Origin: a virus
DNA: 64,000 bases
Direction: 5' to 3' (one strand)
Virus record (IMG/VR): IMGVR_UViG_3300025288_000012
Coordinates: 64,001 to 128,000 of that record
Below, piece after piece: positions 45,353 through 56,400 of this stretch. The stretch's first letter is position 1. The number at the start of each line of letters is the position of its first letter. Below the pieces are notes generated by a model that did not search any database, was not told where the DNA came from, and saw only the letters and a list, made by a program, of their open reading frames with translations. Made by a program: the position numbers and the translations under genes.

Positions 45353-46741
45353 GTGTTCAAACATGCCGAGGAGTTCACAATGAGCAAAACAGTAGTTGAC
45401 CGTATGGCCGAGTTGATACGGTCAACTGGAACTACCCTTGAGACTTGTTCTACCACGAAGAGCGCAAAACTCATACTGGAGTCACTATCAGGCGCACAAG
45501 TGGTACTTGCAAGCTCCTTGCAGCAGATACCCCCTAGATCCCGATCTTTCACCCCGGTAAAAAAGGCTCTCATTGCACTGTCGAACGCAGTTGAGGGCCT
45601 TCACACGGGTATGGAAAATCGGGATTTGTCTTTGTCCGAGTTCAGGAATTTAATCAGGCTGGTGCAGGATAGATTTCTTGCTGACGCCTCTGATGCGCTT
45701 AGCCGCATAGTCCTTACCGACGAGCCTAAAACTCCCGATACCTCTAGAAAGCTCGTAATACGAGCGTCTGACTTTAAGACTGCACTAAAGACAGTCAAGA
45801 GTGAACTTAATGCCTTCTTCAAAGGCAAAGAGGAAGAAGAAAATCCGGTGTTGACCGAAATGCACCGGAGCGAAACTGCTTATAGGACGCGAGAAGAAAA
45901 AGAAGATGCGAACCTTAAAGCCCGGCTGGAGCATGTGGCATCACTGAAGACGAGGCTCCCGCTGAAACTTACCGGCGCGTATCAGCTGCTACGATTACCT
46001 ATCGTTCCAATCTTCAACTCAAGCATCCTGTCCGGAAAGAAACCAACGGGTCGTTCATCGCTGGTACGGAATTTCTCAAATCCCAAGCTCTTGGAGAGCT
46101 TAGGCATAAAGCACATACTAGTGCAGGACTATCTCATTCTTGAAGAACAGTTTGTCCTTGCAATCAAAATGAAGGACGTTGCTGAGTTTCAGAAAGACGT
46201 TGCGGAGCAAGAGGCAGCCAATATAAAACTTGAACTGCAAAAGTTCAAGCAATACGAAAAGCAGCGTGAGCAAACAGCCTTGCGTCTGCAAGACAGTAGA
46301 GATGCTGCTGCTGCGTTGAAAGCTAAGGAAGCAAAGGTTGAGGCCGAACGTAGGAAACAGTTCTTAGCTTTCAAGAGAGCAAATCCTGAAGCACCCATAC
46401 CCAAGAACTTGCAACCTAAGCCAAACAAGCCTGAAGATCTTAACAAGCAGATCTTCAGAGCATTGGTCGACTCCAGGAAAGTTGGTGAGACCAATGTGGT
46501 GAATGCCCCGAAAAAGCCAAATAATATCCATTCGGTGGTTCGTCCTGTGGACTTTGCAAAGTCCATTCTGGAGGTCGTCAACGAGAAAGCACCTTCCAAG
46601 TACGCTCTGGTCACAGATCAAGTACTAGTAAATCCCCGTAATGCCGATATATTGTTCTTCTGGATCATTCCTCGAAAGACCTTGTCAGCCCTTATCTCTA
46701 AGGGTTGGTCTAAGGTTGTGCAGTGGGGATTCCCCTGGTAA
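45353..46741 (+). CDS. hypothetical protein (start may be 45380)
   Basis: 462-aa ORF with a coiled-coil segment. Confidence 0.75.
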   Translation: MFKHAEEFTMSKTVVDRMAELIRSTGTTLETCSTTKSAKLILESLSGAQVVLASSLQQIPPRSRSFTPVKKALIALSNAVEGLHTGMENRDLSLSEFRNLIRLVQDRFLADASDALSRIVLTDEPKTPDTSRKLVIRASDFKTALKTVKSELNAFFKGKEEEENPVLTEMHRSETAYRTREEKEDANLKARLEHVASLKTRLPLKLTGAYQLLRLPIVPIFNSSILSGKKPTGRSSLVRNFSNPKLLESLGIKHILVQDYLILEEQFVLAIKMKDVAEFQKDVAEQEAANIKLELQKFKQYEKQREQTALRLQDSRDAAAALKAKEAKVEAERRKQFLAFKRANPEAPIPKNLQPKPNKPEDLNKQIFRALVDSRKVGETNVVNAPKKPNNIHSVVRPVDFAKSILEVVNEKAPSKYALVTDQVLVNPRNADILFFWIIPRKTLSALISKGWSKVVQWGFPW

Positions 46742-46747
46742 CATAGC

Positions 46748-47248
46748 ATGGCTCATCACTGCGCTATATGCGAGGCTAGATCCAGCGTTATTAACTGGCA
46801 CCACACTGTTCCTCAAAGTCGAGGCGGTGAGAACAGCAAGCAGATACCATTGTGTGCTACGTGTCACTCACAGCTTCATGCTAATGCGGTAGCTTTAGTT
46901 GCACGAATAAAAGGTTCAAAGAAACATCTAGTAGAATTTTGGTCCACTGTTGAGTCACGCAAAAGAGCTCAACCCTGGTTAGAGATTCTAGTTAGCTCCT
47001 TGTTAGTCCCACCTTCTGACAACGAAAGGAAACATCTATTATCATGTAAGCTCAGCACAGAGGTTTTTGAAGAGTTTAAGTTGTTACAGTTTGACCAAGG
47101 TTTGTCGTCCCAGGAAAAAACGGTGGAGTTTTGTATCAACTCCACAATACATGCTAAAGGACTAAGAGATGCCAGAATCAAAAAAGAACATGATGGGTCT
47201 TCTCCAATGTGGATCGTGCACGTTCAGAGAACGCGAAAAGATATTTGA
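46748..47248 (+). CDS. HNH endonuclease
   Basis: CAIC..WHHTVPQSRGG..N/IPLCATCHSQLH. Confidence 0.85.
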   Translation: MAHHCAICEARSSVINWHHTVPQSRGGENSKQIPLCATCHSQLHANAVALVARIKGSKKHLVEFWSTVESRKRAQPWLEILVSSLLVPPSDNERKHLLSCKLSTEVFEEFKLLQFDQGLSSQEKTVEFCINSTIHAKGLRDARIKKEHDGSSPMWIVHVQRTRKDI

Positions 47249-47903
47249 GAAGCGTTGTGCGGATTTAGGAAAGTTGCCCTCAGCACGAGCTTGCAGCTCA
47301 CACACCTCCGATGCTTTCTCCCTTATTAACTCCACTCATGATCGGAGTGCTCTTGAGAACTTGATGGGGATAATTAGCAACTACGGTGTTAACGAGCTTA
47401 ACGCACTAGCCTCTCTGTTGCTAAAGGAGAAGCAGACTAGGAAGTTCGGCTACCACTTCTACCAGAAGGTTTATGTACGGCTACAAGGACAGGTTAAGAA
47501 CAACTACTTCAGCAACTTCGTCGTAGGTCATATCCTTGACGCAACTAAAGAGAACGTCCGGATCGTTGGCTTCAATGGTAAGAACGTCGTTTGTGTGTAC
47601 GCAATAAATGAGCAAGCCAGCAGTACATACTACACGCTTGACCGTTTCATGCCTATTCGTGATGCAATGGTTGACGCTAAACACTACCTGGATCCAGAAT
47701 TTGGAACACCTACAACTCGTGGTCGCCTAGTCAGTCTAGCTGCTCCTGAGGTATCACTCCTTATTGACCATTCCCCTCATGCCAAACGCAGGCTGAAGAG
47801 GGCTCCCAAAGATGATTTGGTTTCGTTAGTAAGTCGTATGGCAAAAGGAGTAGTACGCGCCAAGCGTGCTTTCGATGACGACCGCGAAATAAAAATCATC
47901 TGA
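47169..47903 (+). CDS. hypothetical protein with N-terminal Cys motif
   Basis: CGSC..C..C. Confidence 0.7.
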   Translation: MPESKKNMMGLLQCGSCTFREREKIFEKRCADLGKLPSARACSSHTSDAFSLINSTHDRSALENLMGIISNYGVNELNALASLLLKEKQTRKFGYHFYQKVYVRLQGQVKNNYFSNFVVGHILDATKENVRIVGFNGKNVVCVYAINEQASSTYYTLDRFMPIRDAMVDAKHYLDPEFGTPTTRGRLVSLAAPEVSLLIDHSPHAKRRLKRAPKDDLVSLVSRMAKGVVRAKRAFDDDREIKII

Positions 47904-47910
47904 GGGCCAC

Positions 47911-49029
47911 ATGAATCTTACAACCTTAATATGCGAAAAGTTTGACACTACTCGTAGAACAAACTTGTACAGGACCATTTTCAGCTACTCCATCTCTTAT
48001 TTGTCAGGAGGTTATTCAGCCTTTGAATTTCAGGCTTTGATAAAGCCATTCTGCATAAGCGACTCGGCCAAGGTATTCAGGCTGACACTGTTGAAGCATA
48101 AGCGCATACACTTTGGTCTGAAGTTGGTGCTGCTTAGACTGAGTCTGTTGAGAGTACCAACTAAGTATGAGCTCAGGACAATAACGTCAGAGGTTGACGT
48201 GGACAAGATCGATGCGGCTCAGGCGTATGAGGTTTGGAACTCCCAGCCAGCCTTCCGACGACGGCTGTACAAGGAAGCCAGGCGTATGAACAGGGTTCGC
48301 CCTTTATCTGAGGAGGTTGCTGTTGAGGTATTCAATCGAGTGTACCCTCAGATTCTGTCGTACATAAAGTTCATATCCTACAGTAAGCTGAGGTTTGTTG
48401 CGAAGTCAAGCAACTGTGAACTTGGAGACCTGCACAGTGAGCTAACGCTGAAGGTTGCACAGGCATTCTATAAGCTTCTTCCAAGTGACAAGACTGAGTC
48501 CTATATAACCAACTACTTGAAACGAGTTGTCCACAACCATGCGATGAACATCATCCAGTCTAACACTACGAAACGTTCAGGCAGACTTGTCAACCTGGGT
48601 GTTGATTGCAACGATACTCCTATATTCTCACTTGTAGTTGCATCCGAGAACCAACTGAATGTGTCCTCCGTTGGTGATGAACAGGTTTCGTATGAGCATC
48701 TTGGCTCAGACAATCAGATGGAGAAGTTTGAACTCAGCTTCTCCGTTGTGCAGCTGTTGGACAAGTACAAGTCGCGGGAGCGTAAGTACAGGTTCCTTAT
48801 GATCTTGACGGGCATGCGGGATGAACCCTTCACGGAGTGGTTGATCCTTACGAAGAAATGCAGGCCAACGTCAACCAATGTTGAGGTGCAAATGGATACG
48901 AGTTCGGATCAATTCCTTGAGTGGTTATGTTCCTACATGCACATAGGACAATCAAAGGCCAACGTGTTTCTACTGAAAGTGAAAAAGGAGCTTGGTTTTG
49001 ACCACTCCAACAATCGAAAGTGTGCATAA
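47911..49029 (+). CDS. hypothetical protein, possible second sigma-like factor
   Basis: DLHSELTLKVAQAF..YITNYLKRVVHNHAMNII resembles sigma region 2. Confidence 0.45.
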   Translation: MNLTTLICEKFDTTRRTNLYRTIFSYSISYLSGGYSAFEFQALIKPFCISDSAKVFRLTLLKHKRIHFGLKLVLLRLSLLRVPTKYELRTITSEVDVDKIDAAQAYEVWNSQPAFRRRLYKEARRMNRVRPLSEEVAVEVFNRVYPQILSYIKFISYSKLRFVAKSSNCELGDLHSELTLKVAQAFYKLLPSDKTESYITNYLKRVVHNHAMNIIQSNTTKRSGRLVNLGVDCNDTPIFSLVVASENQLNVSSVGDEQVSYEHLGSDNQMEKFELSFSVVQLLDKYKSRERKYRFLMILTGMRDEPFTEWLILTKKCRPTSTNVEVQMDTSSDQFLEWLCSYMHIGQSKANVFLLKVKKELGFDHSNNRKCA

Positions 49030-49405
49030 GACAGCACTAGTAAATACGCTGCTGTCTCCTACCTCTACACTGTACAACCAGCTGCTGCTCTTCCTTGTCT
49101 ACTCGACCATAAAGGCAAATGGACGGTTGACGTTGAATCAGCTAAGACACCTTCTATTTGGGGAGCTTCTTCTTAGCCCAATGCTTATTGATGGTGCAGT
49201 AAGTGTGTTGGCCTCAAAATCGTTGTTCAACTGTGTCAGCATGTATCAGATAGTTTCTAATCGTCCTGATGCACTACCGAACTTCCATCTTGACTTGAAA
49301 AAAAATCCGGAGTTCGACAGGTGGGTTGAGGACTTGCTGCTAGAGAACCCTGCGTTCGGTTCTTTCACACCGCCTCTGTACACCAGACGAACCAAGACTT
49401 CCTAA
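48992..49405 (+). CDS. hypothetical protein
   Basis: 137-aa ORF. Confidence 0.6.
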   Translation: MVLTTPTIESVHKTALVNTLLSPTSTLYNQLLLFLVYSTIKANGRLTLNQLRHLLFGELLLSPMLIDGAVSVLASKSLFNCVSMYQIVSNRPDALPNFHLDLKKNPEFDRWVEDLLLENPAFGSFTPPLYTRRTKTS

Positions 49406-49416
49406 GAGGCACCAAA

Positions 49417-52185
49417 ATTAAGCTATATTCCCAAGTACTAGAGCTGAGAGCTCTAAGTAGCATAGCACGAAAAGGTGTTGGCATAAGTGGAGAAGACTTA
49501 TCCGCAACTGCTACCTCGAACACTAGTGCGTATCTACTAGCAAACTTAGACGAGTCTTTTTTCCACTACGAACCCTGCAAGGCTGCCTTCCGTCGTGTGA
49601 TGACGATGGCGAAGAAACGATCCACGATCCTGTCGTATGACGACCTCATTGAAGATCCTGCTCTCGATGAAGAGTTCAGGGACATACTTCGTGAAGGCAG
49701 ACGTAAGCCAGTTCGTGATCTAGAGTCTGCTCGTTCACTGTTCTCTACACTTGACAAATACAAGAAGTCAAGAGCGTTGTACCAGATGGCTAAGACTGTT
49801 ATCGAGACTTTGAAAGAGCCGAAGATCGACATTGATGCCTTGACTAAAGGTGTAACTAACACTCTAACCCAGATAATCTCCCGCGAGAACACTGCAGATC
49901 AGATTCGTGTCATAGGTAAGGATGCCAATGCGCTGGAACTTGTTGACGAGGCCCTTGATACTGAGGACGAGGCCCTTTACAAGACTGGCTACAAAGAGTT
50001 CGACGATAAGAGCGGTGGGCTTCCTGCTGAAGGCGTATTCCTTATGGCTGCTACTACCTCAGGTGGTAAGTCAGCGCTACGGATGAACCTGATGAAGAAC
50101 ATTTACAAGCTCAACGCCATTGACGTTGCGACAGTGTCCTTCGAGATGAATGCCCCGAAGGAAACAAGGCGTCTACTGTCGTGCCTTACGGGTATTGAGT
50201 ATTGGAAGTTTGTACGAAAGTCATTGTCCGAGGAAGAGCGGGCTAAGGCTAAGTTGGAATGGCGTCGCCTTCATAGATTCGGTGTGAAGAACGACTGCAA
50301 GTATTCAGTATTGTGCCCAACACGAGGTCTCAACATACGTCAGCTGCTGACTTTGATGAAGCCTTACAAGTACAAGGCTATTGCCATTGACTACATATCG
50401 TTGCTGGACGATGGTGGGCAAAAAGACCAGTGGAAACTTCTGTCCGACATAACCAGAGAGTGCAAGGTATTCTCGGCAGAGACGAAGTGCCTGGTCATAC
50501 TTTTAGCACAGCTTGACTCCGAAGACGATCGGGTTCGTTATTCAAAGGGTATCCTTGAGAATGCTGACAACTGCATAACTGGGGATGCTCTCATAAGTAC
50601 ACCCAATGGGTTGCGACGCCTTGATACCCTGGCTGGGTCCCAACCTATCGGTGCCCGGGTAGCTGACAAAAAGATTAGGATAGTATCAAATGGCAAAGTT
50701 CGTAGTGCCACGGCTTGGGTAGACAGAGGCATTAAGCCAGTTAGGAAACTCACCTCCCACAAAGGATTTTCTTTGAAAGGTACGGAGGAACACCCAGTCC
50801 TAGTTCTTGAACCTAATCTGGAGATGCAGTGGAAGGCTCTGTCAGATATACAAGCAGGGGACTACATTGCACTAGATACTAGGCACAACTGGTCGACGAA
50901 GGATGCCTATATTCCACTACCCGTAGGTGTCTATTCCTCATTTAATTTGTCGAAGGGAAGGTTGTACACGTCCTGGACACCCCCTTCTTTACCCAAGCGA
51001 ATTACACCAGCTGTAGCTCGTGTAATGGGGCATCTTATAGCAGAAGGAACTGTCCATAAACGTTGTATAGAATTTGTAACTGCTCATACCGAAGTTATTG
51101 AGGACTACTGGAAGTCTATTGAAGAGGCTTTTGGACTGTCTCTACATAGACCCTTGCAGGAAGACACACACTACCGGTGCAGAATTGACCGAAAATGGAT
51201 TGTTAACTTCTTTAACCAGATACCAGGATTTACGGGCGGCGCGAGCAATAAGTACATACCTGATTGTGTGATGACTTCATCAAAACCCGTAGTTACAGCT
51301 TTCTTGCGCGGTTTGTTTGAGGGTGACGATGGTAAGGGATCTACCCGCGTCTATTATTACACTACTTCAGCTGAACTTGCTACTCAAGTTCAGCTACTGC
51401 TTCTCCGTTACGGGATTGTAGCTAGACTTACTGTGGGTAAAAAACGAACAAACCCTTTCAATGGGGCTTCCGCGAAGGACATGCATACTGTTGAGATACT
51501 TGGTTACGATAATTTGGTATCATTTTATGAGCAGATCGGTTTTATCTCGGCCCGTAAAGATCTAAAACCCAAAGAGGTGAAATTCCAGAAACCACGTTTG
51601 TATATTCCGTATGTTGCCGGAATTCTTCGAGAACGCCACGAGGGCAGCCGAAATGGACTTTTGTCTAGCGGCAGAATGTTCGGGCAGTCAGATAGCTCAC
51701 ACTGCTTGGGAGTAGACCGTCTAAATGACGTAGCATTCATGCAGAAACTAAAGCTTCTTGACCCCATAATTCACCAACGCCTGAGTTTAGTTTCAAAATC
51801 CGGTCTTGCCTGGGATAGGGTAGTGTCAAACCGTAAGGCTGGAAACGAGAGAGTTTATGACATAACCGTACCTAGCACTGAAAGCTTTATTGCTAATGGT
51901 ATAGTAGTGCACAATTGCTGGGTCTGGAACTACTCCAAGCAGGAGCAGCGTGACCTGCATGTACTACCTATCAAACAGCTTAAGGCTCGCGATCAGGAGG
52001 TGTACCCATTCGACCTACGTGAGAACTTCGGTCACATGCAGGTGCTAAACCTTGAAGAGGACTGCGCGGACGAATCAGTTGAGGATGGTGACTATAGACG
52101 TTCAAATGAGCGCCGAGCTGCCCGCAAGCGTGAAGCAGTTGAAGTTGACGATCCTTTATCCGACCCATCAGTATCTGTAGAATGA
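49417..52185 (+). CDS. dnaB: DnaB-like replicative helicase with intein (proposed ATT start at 49417; first canonical start is GTG 49597)
   Basis: AATTSGGKS Walker A, SFEM, IAIDYI, LLAQL, RVRYSKGILENADN|CW. Confidence 0.88.
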   Translation: MKLYSQVLELRALSSIARKGVGISGEDLSATATSNTSAYLLANLDESFFHYEPCKAAFRRVMTMAKKRSTILSYDDLIEDPALDEEFRDILREGRRKPVRDLESARSLFSTLDKYKKSRALYQMAKTVIETLKEPKIDIDALTKGVTNTLTQIISRENTADQIRVIGKDANALELVDEALDTEDEALYKTGYKEFDDKSGGLPAEGVFLMAATTSGGKSALRMNLMKNIYKLNAIDVATVSFEMNAPKETRRLLSCLTGIEYWKFVRKSLSEEERAKAKLEWRRLHRFGVKNDCKYSVLCPTRGLNIRQLLTLMKPYKYKAIAIDYISLLDDGGQKDQWKLLSDITRECKVFSAETKCLVILLAQLDSEDDRVRYSKGILENADNCITGDALISTPNGLRRLDTLAGSQPIGARVADKKIRIVSNGKVRSATAWVDRGIKPVRKLTSHKGFSLKGTEEHPVLVLEPNLEMQWKALSDIQAGDYIALDTRHNWSTKDAYIPLPVGVYSSFNLSKGRLYTSWTPPSLPKRITPAVARVMGHLIAEGTVHKRCIEFVTAHTEVIEDYWKSIEEAFGLSLHRPLQEDTHYRCRIDRKWIVNFFNQIPGFTGGASNKYIPDCVMTSSKPVVTAFLRGLFEGDDGKGSTRVYYYTTSAELATQVQLLLLRYGIVARLTVGKKRTNPFNGASAKDMHTVEILGYDNLVSFYEQIGFISARKDLKPKEVKFQKPRLYIPYVAGILRERHEGSRNGLLSSGRMFGQSDSSHCLGVDRLNDVAFMQKLKLLDPIIHQRLSLVSKSGLAWDRVVSNRKAGNERVYDITVPSTESFIANGIVVHNCWVWNYSKQEQRDLHVLPIKQLKARDQEVYPFDLRENFGHMQVLNLEEDCADESVEDGDYRRSNERRAARKREAVEVDDPLSDPSVSVE
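50572..51915 (+). mobile_element. DnaB intein (448 aa), LAGLIDADG type
   Basis: CITGDA, GTEEHPV, MGHLIAEG, FLRGLFEGDDG, ends FIANGIVVHN, +1 Cys. Confidence 0.93.
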
Positions 52186-52655
52186 CCCGTACTGAAACAA
52201 CCTCAATTCTTCGTGATGCTACAATCTCGTATTGGGCACACAAGAACTATTCCTGCTACAGTGAGATAGCAGTTAACAGCTGGGGTAAGCTACGTGCTGA
52301 CGTCCTTTCACTCAACATGAAAGGGCTGATCGTTCTTTCGGAAATAAAAAGCTCTCGGTCTGATTACTTGACTGATTGCAAGTGGAAGTCATACTTACCG
52401 TTCTGTGATCGAATGTTTTTCGTTATGACGCCCAAAACATTTGCCAGCATAAAGATGCAGCTGGTATTAGACATTAAAGGTACCGGCGTTGGGGTAATGG
52501 TACTTGATCCAACCACTGGGTATTTGAAAAGTGTTATCTCTAGTAAAGCACAGCAGCTTGAAGATGAGATACGTCAAAAACTTATCATTCGCATGGCGTG
52601 GCGAAATGGTCAATCTCGTAGAACGCATCGTCGTAGAGTTAGACATTTCCTTTAA
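52182..52655 (+). CDS. MmcB-like PD-(D/E)xK nuclease
   Basis: RADVL..SEIKSSRSDY..D.KW..Y..FCDRMFFV. Confidence 0.8.
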   Translation: MTRTETTSILRDATISYWAHKNYSCYSEIAVNSWGKLRADVLSLNMKGLIVLSEIKSSRSDYLTDCKWKSYLPFCDRMFFVMTPKTFASIKMQLVLDIKGTGVGVMVLDPTTGYLKSVISSKAQQLEDEIRQKLIIRMAWRNGQSRRTHRRRVRHFL

Positions 52656-52670
52656 GGCACAATAACACCC

Positions 52671-53447
52671 ATGATAAAGAAAAAAGTACTACCAGTAGAT
52701 AGGCATGAAGGTGTATATGGTATAACTGCAGTTCGTAAGACTAAAAAAGTCAGTACTGCCAAACGAAAAGTGCCCGTTGCTAAAGCAAAGGCAGTGGAAA
52801 AAAGTACCACTAAGCGCCCGCCTTCTATAAAGAAGAAGCTAGTCAAGCGCAAAGCCGTGCTACTTCCTCCAGATCAGGTTTCCTACATTCCTGACCTAAA
52901 TATCCTTTACGATAGGCTGGAGCTTCCTACTGGAGCTGAAGGCCTACATCTAGAGAACGCAGTCTCCTTAAGCGAAGAACTACTGCAGTTCGTAAAGACC
53001 AAAACTGAGGCACGAACCCGTGACCTATCGAATCTGATTCTTCGCAGTTCAATACCAAGTATGCTGGCTTGCGACGCAAGCATAGCGTACACTAAGACTT
53101 TCCTTGAAAGTGGATTCGGCTTCTCTACGACACCCGACGAGACCATACCCGCAAGTCTGGCAGACCTAGTACGGTTTGAGGTCATTGCGTACTTCATCCG
53201 TGTTTCACGTCTGCCCAAGGTTGTGAAGACGAAGCTACTAGATACCTTAACCGACAAGTTTTCTGAACAGATCATAACTACAATGAGAGACTCTCTTCAG
53301 AAGAAAAAGCTAGACGATAAGGTAAAGGATATGGAGGCTTTCGTTATGCGGACACGATCAAACAACAAAGTAACTTCCTCGAAGCGTGAGGCCCAAGCTG
53401 AGCCCTCTGGAAGTGGCCGAGGCTCTATGAAACGTAGAGTTCCGTAA
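52671..53447 (+). CDS. hypothetical protein (position compatible with small terminase)
   Basis: Directly upstream of terL with TAATG overlap. Confidence 0.6.
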   Translation: MIKKKVLPVDRHEGVYGITAVRKTKKVSTAKRKVPVAKAKAVEKSTTKRPPSIKKKLVKRKAVLLPPDQVSYIPDLNILYDRLELPTGAEGLHLENAVSLSEELLQFVKTKTEARTRDLSNLILRSSIPSMLACDASIAYTKTFLESGFGFSTTPDETIPASLADLVRFEVIAYFIRVSRLPKVVKTKLLDTLTDKFSEQIITTMRDSLQKKKLDDKVKDMEAFVMRTRSNNKVTSSKREAQAEPSGSGRGSMKRRVP

Positions 53448-56400
53448 TGCTTACAGTAACGGGTAGAGAATCACCAGGATGTTTTTCGTGCACTAGTTAT
53501 TTGAGGTGCAAAGACGAACGTAAGTCATTCCTGTACAGCTGCAGTAGGTTCAGTCAGAACGAACAGTCCGCAAAGCAGTCTAGTAAACTCTTTGCTGACT
53601 TGCTGAAGGTTGAGACGGAGTTCGAGCCAGAGCACTACTCTCCTGCCGAAATCTACACTGGTGGTCCGTCAAAGTCGGAAAACTTTGACATCTATTCGGT
53701 CATAGAGGACGTAATATCGGAGAATGCACTTGCTCCACCCGACCTAAAGATCAATGATCGGGAATGGCCTGAGGCAAAGAACTTCTTTGAGTTCTGCATA
53801 AACGATAAGTTCCTGAAGGTCAAGCCCTACATAATGCAGGTAGCAATTGCAGTCATAACTCTGGCTGAGTATTGCCCCTGTTGCTCCAACACTGACTATT
53901 TGTTCAACAAGATACGTGCCACTGACAGCTACGGGAAGTTCAGAAAGTACGTAGTTCTGCTAGAGCACGGTGTGTGCCCAGTATGCCGTAAAGATAGACG
54001 TAGGCTAGTTCGCAAACACGGCCTCAAGTTCTACGATGAACTTGCAGCAAGTGCAGGTCAACGGGCTGGTAAGTCTGCACTAGTTGCAATGATTAGTGCT
54101 TACATTCTGCACCGCATGTTGAAACTGCAGAATCCAAATGAAGTGTACGGGCTTATGAGCTCCAACGTACTTCATGGAACGTTCGTTGCCTTAACGTTCG
54201 GTCAAGCAAAGGAAAACCTCTGGGATCCCTTCTACGGTAACATACTTGAGAGTCCATGGTTCTGCTTGAGTGAGGGAACGCCAGTTAGTCTACCTGACGG
54301 TAGCACTAAGCCTATTGAGCTTGTAGCAGTTGGTGAAGAAGTTGCAACTTTTGAAGGTACCGGAGTAGTTTCAGAGACATTCGCTAACGGAACTAAAGAG
54401 TGTCTTACCGTGACGCTTGAGTCAGGTCAACATCTAACTGCAACCCCTGAACACCAAGTACAATGCCTTAGCTCTTGTGGTAACTACTTAGTGTGGAAAA
54501 GGGTTGGGGATTTATCCATTGATGATTTAGTCGTAGCTGACGGCAAGATCGTACACCTGTCTAAGGTGTCCTCTATACACGACGCAGGTACCCGGAAAGT
54601 TTTTGACCTTACTGTTACCTCTACCCACAATTATTTTGCGGGTGGAATCTCAGTCCACAATTGTGGCTACAACGCCAATCTCCTAGACTTCTCCCGTAAA
54701 CGTGGTGACGAGCTTGTCAAGCTGAAAGACAACTTCATCAACTACAAACATCGCCGTCTGTTGATATACCCCGCTTCTCCTGACAAACGGATCCTGCGCG
54801 GCCGTTGCCTCCCAGGTAACTCCTTGATAAATACGTCAAATGGACTAATCAGAGTGGAGGAGGAAAGCAAACTTTTAGGTTCTATTACGCGGAAAGGCTT
54901 ATCTAGACGGGTCATAACAGACCACGTAGTTCAGCCAAGCAGAAAAAAAGTGTTACGCGCACTTTTGAGCAACGGATTAGAACTTGATGCTACTCCCGAC
55001 CATAGGGTACTGGTGTTAAACGATAGTCTAAACCCAGAATGGGTAGAGCAAAAAGACTTACTTGGCAAGTACGTGTTCTGTCAACTTGGTGGTGATTTCC
55101 CTAAGTCCTATCATTTCAACCATGACATTGCCTTGCACAAACCTATTTATGTGCAAATAGCTGAATACATAAGTAGCGGTAACGACTTCACCATTGATGA
55201 GCTTGCAGAATACTTTGACGTACACAAAAATAGTGTACTTTCTTATCACCTAGGTCCACTTCTGAAAGAAGGGGTGTTAGATAGACACCCTGTTCGTAAC
55301 CATGTTGGCCACCCTCTCCCTAGCATTTACTCAATAAACAAAAACTTTATACTTGAGGACTGGACTCTCTTAAGGAGGACTGGTAAGTTTACCAGCTACA
55401 ACTCTAATAAGGCAAAAGTCAAAATCCCTTCGTCCCTTACCACTGAGCTATCACGCCTGATTGGGTACTTAATCTCTGATGGTGATTTATCGTTCTCTGG
55501 TAATTCAATAGCTTTTTGCACGACCAGTCGAGCTAAAGCAAAAGATTTTTTTCGCTTATTCGTTTCTGTATTTGGGTGTAAACCCAGGTTAGTGCGCGAG
55601 GCAGGAGGTAATAGACGTAGTGGCTATGGCCCAACAGGTGAAGGTAGCTTATACACAATAGCGTTTTCGTACAAATCTATACTTAGCTTTTTTGAATTTA
55701 TTGGATTACACCATGTTTGTGCCACTACGAAAACACTTCCGACCTGTATACTTGAGGCCCCAAGAGAGTGTCTAGTAGAGTGCCTAAGTGCCATGGTAAG
55801 TTGTGACGGTGGTATTGTATCCAGATCAGATTTTGTAGGTGTTTACTACGCTACTAAAAGTTATGAGCTGTCAAAAATGGTTCAACTGTTGTTTATGCGC
55901 CTAGGCTATCCGTGCAGGAGGTACCCACATTTAGTAAGACTAACTCGTGATGCTTCTGTTAAATTCCTACAGGAATACACTGGTCTAAACAAACGTTCCT
56001 ACAAAAATGACATTTCGCTAACCCTGGCAACAGGGCGTAAATCAGTTCTTGCCTACAAAATCCCATATTCTAATAGTTACGTAGATTTCGATACTGAACT
56101 CGACCCTAAGTGCGCTAGATACCAGGACAAAGACTTAATTTTTGCTAGGGTGGAATCTTTAGAAAGTCTAGGCAAAAAAGTTGTTTACGACATTACAGTA
56201 GACAATCCTGACTCAGCTTTTCCTGCTAATGGAGTCTTGGTTCATAACACACGTTTCCTAGGAGCAATCGACGAAATTGGCTGGATGGACAATGACGCCT
56301 CTTCCAAGAAGATAAAAGCCAACGCCACCGAAACGTACGCTTCACTCGGTAACTCACTTCGCACTATTCGTTCTAAGGCTGAACGGTTGATGCGGCAAGG

